DNA from: Treponemataceae bacterium
Lineage (GTDB): Bacteria; Spirochaetota; Spirochaetia; Treponematales; Rectinemataceae
Reading direction: 5' to 3'
Assembly: GCA_963678065.2 (NCBI GenBank)
Contig: CAXXVZ010000003.1
Location: 928,001-992,000, forward strand
DNA length: 64,000 bases
Below, in pieces: positions 19,355 to 28,831 of this stretch; positions within the stretch are counted from its first letter, which is position 1, and each line of letters starts with the position of its first letter. Made by a program: the position numbers and the translations under genes. A model generated the notes under the pieces. The model ran no database searches. It saw only the letters and a program-made list of their open reading frames with translations, and was not told the DNA's origin.

Positions 19355-20674
19355 TCAGCACTCTCCTTGCGTTCCGTCCATTTCCATGAGGCATTCCGAG
19401 AGGAAAAGGTTGGACAGATCCATTCCTCTCTCGTCGAGGGCGAGGAAGCGGGAATCGGTTTCCCGGAACCGCTCCTTCCAGCGCCCGATGGTCTTCCCCG
19501 CAAGCGCCTCGGGCTTCGAGCCAAAGCGTCGCACAAAATTTTCCAGATCCAGTCCCCGTGCCGTCCTGAAGGCCATCATCATGGTCTCGAAGGCGGCATC
19601 CCGGAAGGAGATCCACTCTTCAAGTCCAGGCAAATCCCTCTTTTCAAGATCGGGCCATTCCGAAATGCGGAGGGCTCCGGAAGGGCCATCGCCGGCCACG
19701 GCGATAGTCGATACAGCGCCCGGACCGGCCCCTATCCAGGAATCCATGCGCCAGTACGCCTCGTTGTGGAGACACTCGTGCCCGGGCAGAGCATAGTTGG
19801 AAATCTCGTAACGGCGGAATCCGCGTTCGGCCAGGAAGGCCTCCGCCTCGGCGCGCTCGTCGGCGGCGTGGTCTTCAGGGGCAGGTTCAAGCCTGCCGCC
19901 CGCGATGTCCGCAGCGATCGCGGTTCCCTCTTCCACGATGAGGTCGTAGATCGAGACATGCTCCAGTCCCTCGTCGAGTAAGCGGCGGACCTGGTCCATG
20001 AGGCGCAAAACCGGCCGCTGCCAGAGATCTGCGCCCCCCTCACGCCTCCACATGGCTTCCGGAGGAAGGGGAATAGCTGTCATGAGATCCGCGGAGACCT
20101 CGAAGCCGCGCGCGCGCGCCATGCGAAGGGCCGAAATGACCTTCGCCGAATCGCAGGGCCTTCCGAGCAGGGAGAGGACCCTGTCGTCGAGGCTCTGCGC
20201 GCCGATGCTCAGCCGCGTCACGCCGGCACGCGCCATTATTTCGAGTTTTGTCTCGTCCAGGGATTCCGGGTTAGCCTCGACAGTCCACTCTTTTATACAT
20301 CCTGAAGTCACTTCTCCGATGCCGGAGAGCAAGGTGGCAAGCTGGTCCGGCGCGAGGCGGGTAGGCGTTCCCCCTCCGACAAAGATCGTGTCGAAAATGA
20401 AGCGATCATGGGGAGTGCGGCGGGAATCGGCCGCAGCACTCCCCGGCGCAACAGATTCCTTCCCGGCGACGCGGCAGCCGAAGCGCTCCGTCAGTTTCCG
20501 GGCACGCGCGAGGGTGGACTGGATCGTCGCGTCGACGAGGGCGCGGTTTCCGCCTCGGTCAACCGTGGAAAAGAAGTCGCAATACCGGCAGCGGGATCTG
20601 CAGAAGGGGACATGGATGTACAGCGAGCGTGCCGGGGTGAATCGGACGCGACCAACCTGGCCGTCGCTTTTCAC
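19355..20674 (-). CDS. hemW: Radical SAM heme chaperone HemW / HemN-like
   Basis: LYIHVPFCRSRCRYCDF, GGGTPT, VEANP, YEISNYA...HNEAYW. GTGA overlap with lepB. Confidence 0.88.
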   Translation of the reverse strand: MKSDGQVGRVRFTPARSLYIHVPFCRSRCRYCDFFSTVDRGGNRALVDATIQSTLARARKLTERFGCRVAGKESVAPGSAAADSRRTPHDRFIFDTIFVGGGTPTRLAPDQLATLLSGIGEVTSGCIKEWTVEANPESLDETKLEIMARAGVTRLSIGAQSLDDRVLSLLGRPCDSAKVISALRMARARGFEVSADLMTAIPLPPEAMWRREGGADLWQRPVLRLMDQVRRLLDEGLEHVSIYDLIVEEGTAIAADIAGGRLEPAPEDHAADERAEAEAFLAERGFRRYEISNYALPGHECLHNEAYWRMDSWIGAGPGAVSTIAVAGDGPSGALRISEWPDLEKRDLPGLEEWISFRDAAFETMMMAFRTARGLDLENFVRRFGSKPEALAGKTIGRWKERFRETDSRFLALDERGMDLSNLFLSECLMEMDGTQGEC

Positions 20675-21402
20675 GGAGCACCGAGCCGGGAGAGGGGCCA
20701 ATAGCGGAACAGCACGAAGGCGACAAGAGACTCCGACTTGACCGGGCCCCAGTGGCGCGAGTCGGAAGATTCCGTCCTGGAATCTCCTGCAAGAAAGTAC
20801 TCGCCCGGGCCGAGCGTGCAGGCAGCCATGTAGCCGGAGCCGGGCAGGCCCTTGATCCATCCGGCTATGACAGTCTCCTTCCCTGCCCTGTATCGCTTTC
20901 CCGAGACCTCAGTCTCACTCCGGAAGATGCTGCTCCCCGGAGTCTTGATCCGGTACTGACCATCCTCCATGAGCACCGTGTCCCCCGGCAGGGCGATGAC
21001 CCGTTTCAGCATGACCGAGCCCGAAGGAAGTTCGGACTCAGGATACAGCGTGGATATCCGTTGAAGGGTAATGAGCCTCACGAGGCTGTCGAGAAGTCGG
21101 GGCAGGAACCTCTCCTGAGGGGCATGGGGAAGGCTCGCGAGGACTATATCTCCGCGGCGGGGCCGGATGAGGCCGGGCAACTTCCCGAAGACCGTCCGGG
21201 GACCATACGGGAGGGGTGTCGCGAAGAGACGGTCGCCGGGGGCAAACGCGGGCATCATCGAGACCGAAACGACTTCGTGGGAGCTGAGGAATGTAGCGCG
21301 GAAGCTGTCGAAAGCCACGAGCACAATGAAGACAAGAGCGAGGCGGCGCAGGAACTTCTGTCTGAACGCGACAGCCTCGGCGAACGATCTCCGCCTGCCC
21401 AT
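20671..21402 (-). CDS. lepB: Signal peptidase I (second paralogue)
   Basis: SVSMMP (Ser), LKRVIALPGD (Lys), GDSR..SSDSR.WG. Confidence 0.88.
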   Translation of the reverse strand: MGRRRSFAEAVAFRQKFLRRLALVFIVLVAFDSFRATFLSSHEVVSVSMMPAFAPGDRLFATPLPYGPRTVFGKLPGLIRPRRGDIVLASLPHAPQERFLPRLLDSLVRLITLQRISTLYPESELPSGSVMLKRVIALPGDTVLMEDGQYRIKTPGSSIFRSETEVSGKRYRAGKETVIAGWIKGLPGSGYMAACTLGPGEYFLAGDSRTESSDSRHWGPVKSESLVAFVLFRYWPLSRLGAP

Positions 21403-21427
21403 GGACCGCAGCTCCCTTTACCTCTTC

Positions 21428-22408
21428 CTAACGGACGGAGCCGAGCCTTCCGAAGGGGAAGTAGATGAAGAGAGCCTTTCCGAGCACTTTTTTCTGGGAG
21501 ACCGGGCCGAAGTAGCGCCCATCCCTCGAGTTGTCCCTGTTGTCCCCCATGGGGAAGATGCGGCCTTCGGGAATGTACCAGCCTAGCCGGTATCGTCTCG
21601 CCGCCTCGGCGAATCTCGGATCGTTGGGATACATCGCGCTGATGGCCGAAACGCGGGCGCTGTCGTAGCCGAACCCGTCCAGATACGCGGAATTCCCGGA
21701 GGACATACCTTTGTACTCCGAGGGGACAGGAAGTCCGGCCTCTTTCCAGGCAGCCTCGATGCCGGCTCCTTCGATAGTCCGGTAATCCGAGGGCTTCACA
21801 GAGCGGATGGCGCGGAAGGCTGTGCCCGCCGACTTCGTGAACTCGGATTCCGGCACCCACTCGCCGGTTCCCCGGGGCATGAGGCTCACCTCGCCCCTCG
21901 AGATGCGCAGTCGGTCGCCGGGGACTCCTACGGCCCTCTTGATGAGGTAGTGGACTCTCTGCTCGCCGTTTTCGTCCCGGTCGATGTCGACGAGGGTCAG
22001 GGTGAGCATGTAGAGCATCTGTTGGGCGATGGTGTAGACAGGTCCGCGGGAGATGTAGCTGGGGTTCTCGAAGATGATGACCTGTCCCCGGTGAGGGCTC
22101 GCGAGTCCTGAGGTCTTCGCGACACCGGGAAGGAGCTCGGGGCCGAAGGAAAGTTTGTCGACGAAGATCATGTCTCCGATGAGGAGGGTCTTGACCATCG
22201 ACTCGGAGGGAATTCGATATGCCTGGAAAAGGTACTGATTGACGATGAGGACCACGCAGGCCGCCCAGAGGATGGCCTCGACCCAGTCGCGGACGGGGTG
22301 CTTGGCCTGCTGCTTCATCTTGGCCCTGAGACGTCTCTTCAGTCTGTAGGTGAGAACTCTTTCGGTGGCACGGACGAGGGCGCTTCTGAAATCGGATTTG
22401 GCCGTCAT
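21428..22408 (-). CDS. lepB: Signal peptidase I
   Basis: IPSESM, LIKRAVGVPGD, MGDNRDNSRDGRYFG. Confidence 0.93.
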   Translation of the reverse strand: MTAKSDFRSALVRATERVLTYRLKRRLRAKMKQQAKHPVRDWVEAILWAACVVLIVNQYLFQAYRIPSESMVKTLLIGDMIFVDKLSFGPELLPGVAKTSGLASPHRGQVIIFENPSYISRGPVYTIAQQMLYMLTLTLVDIDRDENGEQRVHYLIKRAVGVPGDRLRISRGEVSLMPRGTGEWVPESEFTKSAGTAFRAIRSVKPSDYRTIEGAGIEAAWKEAGLPVPSEYKGMSSGNSAYLDGFGYDSARVSAISAMYPNDPRFAEAARRYRLGWYIPEGRIFPMGDNRDNSRDGRYFGPVSQKKVLGKALFIYFPFGRLGSVR

Positions 22409-22438
22409 TGAACGGAAAAATACCACGATGGCCTCGCG

Positions 22439-22467
22439 TTGACAAGCATGTATGCCCCCCCTATAAT
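22439..22467 (+). promoter_or_regulatory. Perfect-consensus sigma70 promoter
   Basis: TTGACA-N17-TATAAT, 9 nt upstream of ATG 22477. Confidence 0.85.
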
Positions 22468-22476
22468 CCACGGTAC

Positions 22477-24042
22477 ATGAAAGAAGAGAAGAAAATCACC
22501 CCCAAGGATATAGAAGAGGCGCGGATCAGGCTCGGCGTTTTCCTCGGCATGCAGCCCCGTGTCTGGCTTCCCGGCCTTGTGGCCTTCGTCGCCGCCATCC
22601 TCCTTCTCGCCCTCGCGACCGTCCCGGGAATCCGGAAAAACGGGACCTGGTATACCCTGACCTCGACGCCTTCCGGCTCCGCAGTGCTGGTCGACGGAGC
22701 CTATCTCGGGGCGACTCCGGGAAACTTCTTCCTCCCCCGCGGCCTGCGGGCCCTGACTGTCTCCCGTCCCGGATTCAGCCCGGAAACCAGGAAAATCGAG
22801 GTGAAGGGCAGGATTTTCGCGACCCTCCTCTTCCCGCGCAAGGCCAGCCTTGTGGTCCGCCTGCAGGCCACCGATCCCCGGGCTTTCCTGCACTCCTCTT
22901 TCAGCGCCTTCTCGGGCTACAGCCTCAGCGGAGCCCCCTCTGCCATCTACCAGCTTCCCCTCGTCCTTTCGGATTCCCTCCTCGCGCTCGCCGAGACAGG
23001 GAGCATGTCCTCGCTTCCGCGCACCGACGCCGCGGACTTCGTCAGGGCGGCCTTCGCCGCGTCGGGATCGGCTCAATCGGCCAGGGATGCCCTCCGAGCA
23101 TCTTTCATCGCGGCTGCCGGCGGCCCTCCTTCCCCGCTCGGCCTCGTGGCCGGCATCGAAACTCTGGCCGCCGCGTTCCAGGAGAGGCCGCAGGTCGCGA
23201 CGCTCATCGCGGCATTCGCGCCTTCGGAGGCCAAGGCAGCCATCGGCTCTTCTGCGGCGCTGAAAGCCTTGGGAGCGCGCGCCGCGGCGATCACCGCCCC
23301 CGGCTCGGGCCTTCCCCGCTCTCCTCTCGGCTCGGTCCGGGTGGGTCAGCAACCCTTCCGCAGAATACCCGCGTCGGGTATCGTCGCCTCTGGAGAGTCG
23401 CCGGGAACCAGCGCCCTCCCTTACGCCGCCGCCGTCCCCGCCTTCGCCCTCGCGGAAACCGAGACGACGCGCGCCCAGTGGGCCGCTTTCCTTGCCGCCA
23501 ATCCCGACTGGAAACCCGAGAACCGCGACACCCTCGTGGCCAAGGGCGCTGTCGACGCGGCTTATCTCGCCGACTGGAGCGACAGCTCCCTCTCGTCCTC
23601 GCTTCCCGTCACCGGCGTGTCGAAGACCGCTGCGGAGGCCTACTGCGCGTGGCTTTCGCGTTTCGCCCCACAGGGGTTCGCCGTTGTCCTGCCCTCCGAG
23701 GCCATGTGGGAGACCGTCTGCAAGGCAGGCGCCCCCGACTGGAAAAAAGCCATCCTCCTCGCGCCCGGCCGCTCAGGCCCTTCTCCTGTGGGTTTTGCGG
23801 GCGCGGACCGCTTTGGCTTCGCCGACCTCGCCGGAAATGTCTGGGAATGGTGCGACGACAGCTTCTTCCCGTTCCCCGCCTTCGCTCCGGCCTCCGGAGA
23901 GTGGAGAGGCGCCGAATTCTCCGTGCGCGGCGCCTCATGGGCCAACTCGGCGGACTCAGTCTCTCCCGCGTCCCGTGGAGGTTTCCCCGCATCCTTCTCG
24001 AGCCCCTTCCTCGGATTCCGTCCCGCCCTGGTGGTGCGATGA
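22477..24042 (+). CDS. Membrane-anchored PEGA + formylglycine-generating-enzyme (SUMF1)-like domain protein
   Basis: TM helix, STPSGSAVLVDGAYLGATP (PEGA), LPSEAMWE, DLAGNVWEW, RGASW, LGFRP. Confidence 0.85.
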   Translation: MKEEKKITPKDIEEARIRLGVFLGMQPRVWLPGLVAFVAAILLLALATVPGIRKNGTWYTLTSTPSGSAVLVDGAYLGATPGNFFLPRGLRALTVSRPGFSPETRKIEVKGRIFATLLFPRKASLVVRLQATDPRAFLHSSFSAFSGYSLSGAPSAIYQLPLVLSDSLLALAETGSMSSLPRTDAADFVRAAFAASGSAQSARDALRASFIAAAGGPPSPLGLVAGIETLAAAFQERPQVATLIAAFAPSEAKAAIGSSAALKALGARAAAITAPGSGLPRSPLGSVRVGQQPFRRIPASGIVASGESPGTSALPYAAAVPAFALAETETTRAQWAAFLAANPDWKPENRDTLVAKGAVDAAYLADWSDSSLSSSLPVTGVSKTAAEAYCAWLSRFAPQGFAVVLPSEAMWETVCKAGAPDWKKAILLAPGRSGPSPVGFAGADRFGFADLAGNVWEWCDDSFFPFPAFAPASGEWRGAEFSVRGASWANSADSVSPASRGGFPASFSSPFLGFRPALVVR

Positions 24043-24509
24043 GCATTCCCGACAACGTGAAAGTCATCGGCGTCAACCGGAGGGCCCGCTTCGACTACTA
24101 CATCGAGGATACTTTCGAATGCGGGATCCAGCTCGTAGGCACCGAGGTCAAGTCAGTGAAGGAAGGACGCATCTCTTTCCCGGACGCTTTCGCCGAGGTC
24201 AGGGAAGGCGAAGTCTGGCTCAAGAATTTCCGCATCGCCCAGAATACCTTCTCCTCGGTCTTCAACCACGATCCCGACCGGAACCGCAAGCTCCTTCTCC
24301 ACGCCCAGGAGATCAAGCGCATCGACAGGCGTGTCAGGGAGAAGGGCAACACGCTCGCCCTCCTCTCCGTCTACCTCAAGCACGGCCTCGTCAAGATCGA
24401 GATCGGCCTGTGCAAGGGCAAGAAAATGTACGACAAACGCGCAGACATCAAGGAAAGAGACATGAATATGGACCTTCGCCGTGAATTCCGCGAACGGCAG
24501 AAGGACTGA
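24039..24509 (+). CDS. smpB: SsrA-binding protein
   Basis: NRRARFDY, GIQLVGTEVKS, RKLLLH, GKKMYDKR. ATGA overlap. Confidence 0.96.
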   Translation: MSIPDNVKVIGVNRRARFDYYIEDTFECGIQLVGTEVKSVKEGRISFPDAFAEVREGEVWLKNFRIAQNTFSSVFNHDPDRNRKLLLHAQEIKRIDRRVREKGNTLALLSVYLKHGLVKIEIGLCKGKKMYDKRADIKERDMNMDLRREFRERQKD

Positions 24510-24515
24510 CTCTCC

Positions 24516-25148
24516 ATGAGGATAACCGGCGGGGCCTACTGTGGCAGGATAATCGACGTGCCGAGAGGAGCCCTCGAGATCCGTCCGGCCATGGACAGGA
24601 TGCGCGAATCGGTTTTCGCCGCACTCTGCGCAAGCTCACGCCGCGGCGTAAGCCGAGTCGTCAGCGAGGACGACGACAAGGACGAGGGGCTCGGCCACCG
24701 TGACGGGCTCGACAGCCTCGACAGCCTTGAGGGGCTTTCTTTCCTGGATCTCTTTTCGGGCTCGGGAATAATCGGCATCGAGGCGGCGAGCCGCGGGGCC
24801 AGGCCCGTCACCTGCGTGGAGAAGGACAGGGACAAGTTTCCCCATCTTTTGCGCAATGTCGCCATCGCCCGGGGCGCGATCACCTGCAAGTCCCAGAGTG
24901 TCGAACTTTTTCTTGCCAGGAACAAGGTCGCCCACGACATCGTTTTTTGCGACCCACCCTTCCCCTACCGTTTCAGGACGGAACTCCTCGAGCGGCTTGA
25001 ATCCGGCAAAAGCCTCAAACCTTCCGCTCTCGTCCTTTTGCATTTCCCGCACGAGGACCGCCCTCCCGAGAGGGTCGGACGGCTGGCTGTGGAGGACGAA
25101 AGGGTGTACGGAAGATCCATCGTCCGATTCTATCGATTGGGGGCATGA
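24516..25148 (+). CDS. rsmD: 16S rRNA m2G966 methyltransferase
   Basis: MRITGG, RPAMDRMRESVF, FLDLFSGSG..GIEA.SRGA, FCDPPF. Confidence 0.9.
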   Translation: MRITGGAYCGRIIDVPRGALEIRPAMDRMRESVFAALCASSRRGVSRVVSEDDDKDEGLGHRDGLDSLDSLEGLSFLDLFSGSGIIGIEAASRGARPVTCVEKDRDKFPHLLRNVAIARGAITCKSQSVELFLARNKVAHDIVFCDPPFPYRFRTELLERLESGKSLKPSALVLLHFPHEDRPPERVGRLAVEDERVYGRSIVRFYRLGA

Positions 25149-25155
25149 GGCGCTG

Positions 25156-25184
25156 TTGATTGTTGGTTGTTTTTGACGTATAAT
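25156..25184 (+). promoter_or_regulatory. Sigma70-type promoter for TPR-rlmN
   Basis: TTGATT-N17-TATAAT in an AT-rich intergenic stretch. Confidence 0.7.
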
Positions 25185-25273
25185 TTTACAAAACAGGGAA
25201 TGTGCATCAGGAAAGGTATTTACAAAATGGGCACGTTCATCAGGTAAAACGCCACTTCGCATCGAGGTTAAAA

Positions 25274-26416
25274 ATGAGTGATCTTCCCGCTTTCGGTGTG
25301 CCGGATCTTTTCGGCGATGACGCCGATTTTCAGAACCAGGAACACGCGGAAATCGCCGAGCTCTCCAAGAAAGGCTACCAGTTTCTCAAGGAAAACCGCC
25401 TGGAGGAAGCCGAGGAATGTTTTGCCCGGATCCTCGAGCAGGACAGGGAAAACAATTACGCGCTCGTAGGTCTCGGAGATTCCGCCCGCAAACACGGAGC
25501 CTTCCAGGAGGCCGCCAACCACTACAAGAAATGCCTTGTATACCATCCAGCCAACAATTACGCCCTCTTCGGCCTCGCGGACTGCTACAAAGCCATGAAC
25601 CAGTACCAGAAGGCCATCGAAATATGGGAACAGTACCTCATCCACGACAACAAGAACATAACAGTGCTCACCCGCGTCGCCGACGCTTACCGCAAAGTTC
25701 ACGATTTCCGCAAATCCAAAGCCATCTACCTCCGCGTCCTGGAAATGGAGGCCGACAACCCCTATGCCCTCATCGGCCTCGGCCACCTGCACTACGATTT
25801 CAAGGAATTCCGCGAGGCTCTCGCGTTCTGGAAACGCATGGTGGAACTCCAGACGGGGGAAGTCGATATCCGCGTCCTGACCTCCATCGGCAACTGCTAC
25901 CGCAAGCTCAAACAGTTCGACCTCGGCATCCCCTATTTCGAGAAGGCCCTGGGAAAGGAACCCAACAACTTCTACGCCCTCTTTGGCCTCGCCGACTGCT
26001 ATCGCGGCGTGGGGAAACAGGACAACTCCCTCTCCAACTGGAACAAGATCCTGGAGATCGATCCGAAAAACAAGGTGATCCTCACCCGCGCGGGCGATGC
26101 CTACAGGAATATGGGGGACTACGAACAGGCCGCGCAGTACTACCAGAGAGCCCTCGACATCGAGTTCGACGTCTACGCAGTGCTCGGTCTCTCCGTCATC
26201 GCCCGCATCCAGGGCCGCTACGATGAGGCCGTCGTCTCCCTCAGAAAACTCATCCAGAACGACCCAAAGAACTACCGCCTCTACCTCGAACTCGCCCAGA
26301 GCCACTACGCGGCGGGCGACAAGACCGCGGCCATCCAGGACCTGACAGAATTCCAGAAACTCGGCATCCGCAACGCATATATCCAGGACGCTCTCACAAA
26401 ACTCCAGAGGTCCTGA
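25274..26416 (+). CDS. Tetratricopeptide repeat protein
   Basis: Repeated N.YAL.GL(A/G)D.Y helical-hairpin units. Confidence 0.9.
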   Translation: MSDLPAFGVPDLFGDDADFQNQEHAEIAELSKKGYQFLKENRLEEAEECFARILEQDRENNYALVGLGDSARKHGAFQEAANHYKKCLVYHPANNYALFGLADCYKAMNQYQKAIEIWEQYLIHDNKNITVLTRVADAYRKVHDFRKSKAIYLRVLEMEADNPYALIGLGHLHYDFKEFREALAFWKRMVELQTGEVDIRVLTSIGNCYRKLKQFDLGIPYFEKALGKEPNNFYALFGLADCYRGVGKQDNSLSNWNKILEIDPKNKVILTRAGDAYRNMGDYEQAAQYYQRALDIEFDVYAVLGLSVIARIQGRYDEAVVSLRKLIQNDPKNYRLYLELAQSHYAAGDKTAAIQDLTEFQKLGIRNAYIQDALTKLQRS

Positions 26417-26418
26417 GC

Positions 26419-27450
26419 GTGGTTCTTTTCCCCACAGGGATGACCGTCGCCCGGCTGGCTGAAACCTTTCCATTTTCGGCCCCCTTCCGGGCGCGACAGG
26501 TTTACGGATGGATCGGGCGGAATGCGACCAGCTTCGCCGAGATGACCGATCTTTCCCAGTCCGAACGGGAACATCTGGCCAGCCTCTTCCCGCTCCTGTA
26601 TTCGAGTGCGGTCGACAAAGAGCTGCCGGATGCCGACGGCTCTCTCAAGCTCCAGATACGTCTCAGGGATGGAGCCGCAGTCGAGTGCGTTCTTCTGGAG
26701 GACATCGAGGGCAGGACCACAGCCTGCCTATCATGCCAGGTCGGCTGCCCCATGGGCTGCACCTTCTGCAAGACGGGAACCCTCGGCTTCCTGCGCAACC
26801 TCGGGATCGACGAAATCATGGAGCAGTTCCGTTTCCTTCATGCGCGCCGGGGCAGCATCTCCAACGTCGTCTTCATGGGAATGGGCGAGCCGATGCTCAA
26901 CCTCGAGGCAGTGAGAGGAGCGATAGTTCTCCTCACCGACCCGGAAGGGATCGGCATGTCCCGGAGGAAGATAACCATATCGACCTGCGGTGTAGTTCCC
27001 GGCATCCTCGATCTCGCGCGCAATGGCCCTGCGGTCCGGCTCGCGGTCTCCCTCACCTCGGCGGAGGAATCGACGCGCTCCGCCCTCATGCCGGTCAACA
27101 GGACATGGAATCTCGCCGCTCTGAAAAATGCCCTCATGATCTACCAGAAGAGCTCAGGCGAACGCATCACCCTGGAGGTGGCCCTCATGGGGAACGTCAA
27201 CTCCACGCCGGAGGCGGCGCGGGCCCTCGTGCGCTGGATCCGGCCCCTCAACGCGCAGATCAACCTCATTCCCTGGAACAGGGTCCCCGACCTCCCCTAC
27301 ACGGAGCCGGACAGAGAGCAGGTGGAGAACTTCCAGAGGATACTCGAGGACGCCGGCCTCCTCTCGACCCGGAGAATGCGCCGCGGGCGTGGCATCATGG
27401 GAGCATGCGGACAACTCGGGGACACGCTCAAAAAGCCCGATCCCGACTGA
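26419..27450 (+). CDS. rlmN: Dual-specificity RNA methyltransferase RlmN
   Basis: CLSCQVGCPMGCTFC, VFMGMGEPMLN, NLIPWN, GACGQL. Confidence 0.95.
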   Translation: MVLFPTGMTVARLAETFPFSAPFRARQVYGWIGRNATSFAEMTDLSQSEREHLASLFPLLYSSAVDKELPDADGSLKLQIRLRDGAAVECVLLEDIEGRTTACLSCQVGCPMGCTFCKTGTLGFLRNLGIDEIMEQFRFLHARRGSISNVVFMGMGEPMLNLEAVRGAIVLLTDPEGIGMSRRKITISTCGVVPGILDLARNGPAVRLAVSLTSAEESTRSALMPVNRTWNLAALKNALMIYQKSSGERITLEVALMGNVNSTPEAARALVRWIRPLNAQINLIPWNRVPDLPYTEPDREQVENFQRILEDAGLLSTRRMRRGRGIMGACGQLGDTLKKPDPD

Positions 27451-28831
27451 GCTTTTCCGACAGCCGCCGGTGACGCGCCACGAGAGTTTCGCCGAGGAGC
27501 CCCTGTACATCCGAGGTCATGGCCCGCTCCGTGTACGCGAGTGCCGCGCGCAGGTCTTTTTGCACATGCTCGGCGAATTTTGCCCTTTCGATGTCGGAGC
27601 GGGCGGTAACAGGTAAAAGTTCGAAGAGGGCCCTCCGCTCTTCCTCCCTGCCGGCCCTCCTGTAGCGCGCGGAAAGCATGAGCCCGGCCCTCTCGTCGCC
27701 CTCGGCGCAGGCCGATTCGAGCAGGGCCTCGCCCTTTACCTCCTCGCCGAGCTCGATCAGGGTGCGGCCGATCCAGGCCATGTCCGCCTCCTGAGAGCCT
27801 GAAACGCGGGAGAGCGACTCCGCCGCCGCGAAAATCCTCGCGGCTCGCGCGACGAGACCCGCCAGCGAGACCACATCGATGGCATTGTGCGCGAACACGG
27901 GCCGAAGCGGCCTGTCGTCGCCCGAGCGGAGGTATTCCAGCCAGAGTCCCGGAATGAGGGCTCCCGGCACATCCTCTTCCCTCTCGATTTCGAGCACCTT
28001 GGCCTCGAGGAGACCGAGCGAGGCGCCGCCGTGTTTCCGGCGCCAGAGTCGCCTTGCGAGATAGAGGGCGTCGAGCTGTCCGAAGCTCCCCATCCTCATC
28101 CCGTTCATGATGCAGCGCGTCCGGAGAAGGGGAATGTCGAAACACCTTCCGTTGTAGGTCACGACTGTGCATCCCGGGGGGAGGTCGGCGAGAACGGCCT
28201 CCAGGAAAGCCGGCTCGCCGGGGTAGTCGGAGAGAAAATACTGGCTCACGCTGCAGCCGTCGACATCGGGCTGAGCGATAGCCGCGAGGAAAGCGACCGT
28301 CCCGGTGCCACCCGAGAGTCCTGTCGTCTCGAAATCGAAGAACCGCAAATCTTCCCGCGCGCGCCTGATGGACAGCGGAGAATATCTGGATTCGGGCCCA
28401 TTCCCGGCTCGGGCGCCCAATACGCCTCCATCCCCCTTTGAGTGATCGGGAGCGAGGATAGGCCCGCGGCCGCGTCGCGGCCCGGCCGGAGAAACCCGGG
28501 CCAGCCTTCGGGCAGATGCGTTCTGGGCGACCTCGAAGGCGGCGATGTCGATCTCTTCGGGAAACCAGAGAGTATGGCGGGTCTCTCGTTTCCAAAGATA
28601 GTCGCCTGACCGGACCCAGCCGGCTGGTCCCGATCCTCCACTCACAAAGGCGCCGGAAGGAATCTCCTGACTGGCGACCGGAGCCCTCTGTCTCGCGGCG
28701 GGAGCTCCGCGATCAGCATCCGGAGCCCCGCTGGTCGCCCTCCCCTCCTCGGACTCGTCCGCCCTAAGTTCCGTCGCCCGGACGAGTCCGAGCCTCCTGA
28801 TACGGTCAAGCCTGGACTTGAGATCCGCCAC
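27428..28831 (-). CDS. MrfB/YprB-like DEDD (RNase H-like) exonuclease with helical C-terminus
   Basis: FFDFETTGLSGGTG, TYNGRCFDIPLL, HNAIDVVSL. Overlaps the upstream helicase gene. Confidence 0.85.
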   Translation of the reverse strand: MADLKSRLDRIRRLGLVRATELRADESEEGRATSGAPDADRGAPAARQRAPVASQEIPSGAFVSGGSGPAGWVRSGDYLWKRETRHTLWFPEEIDIAAFEVAQNASARRLARVSPAGPRRGRGPILAPDHSKGDGGVLGARAGNGPESRYSPLSIRRAREDLRFFDFETTGLSGGTGTVAFLAAIAQPDVDGCSVSQYFLSDYPGEPAFLEAVLADLPPGCTVVTYNGRCFDIPLLRTRCIMNGMRMGSFGQLDALYLARRLWRRKHGGASLGLLEAKVLEIEREEDVPGALIPGLWLEYLRSGDDRPLRPVFAHNAIDVVSLAGLVARAARIFAAAESLSRVSGSQEADMAWIGRTLIELGEEVKGEALLESACAEGDERAGLMLSARYRRAGREEERRALFELLPVTARSDIERAKFAEHVQKDLRAALAYTERAMTSDVQGLLGETLVARHRRLSEKLSRDRAF

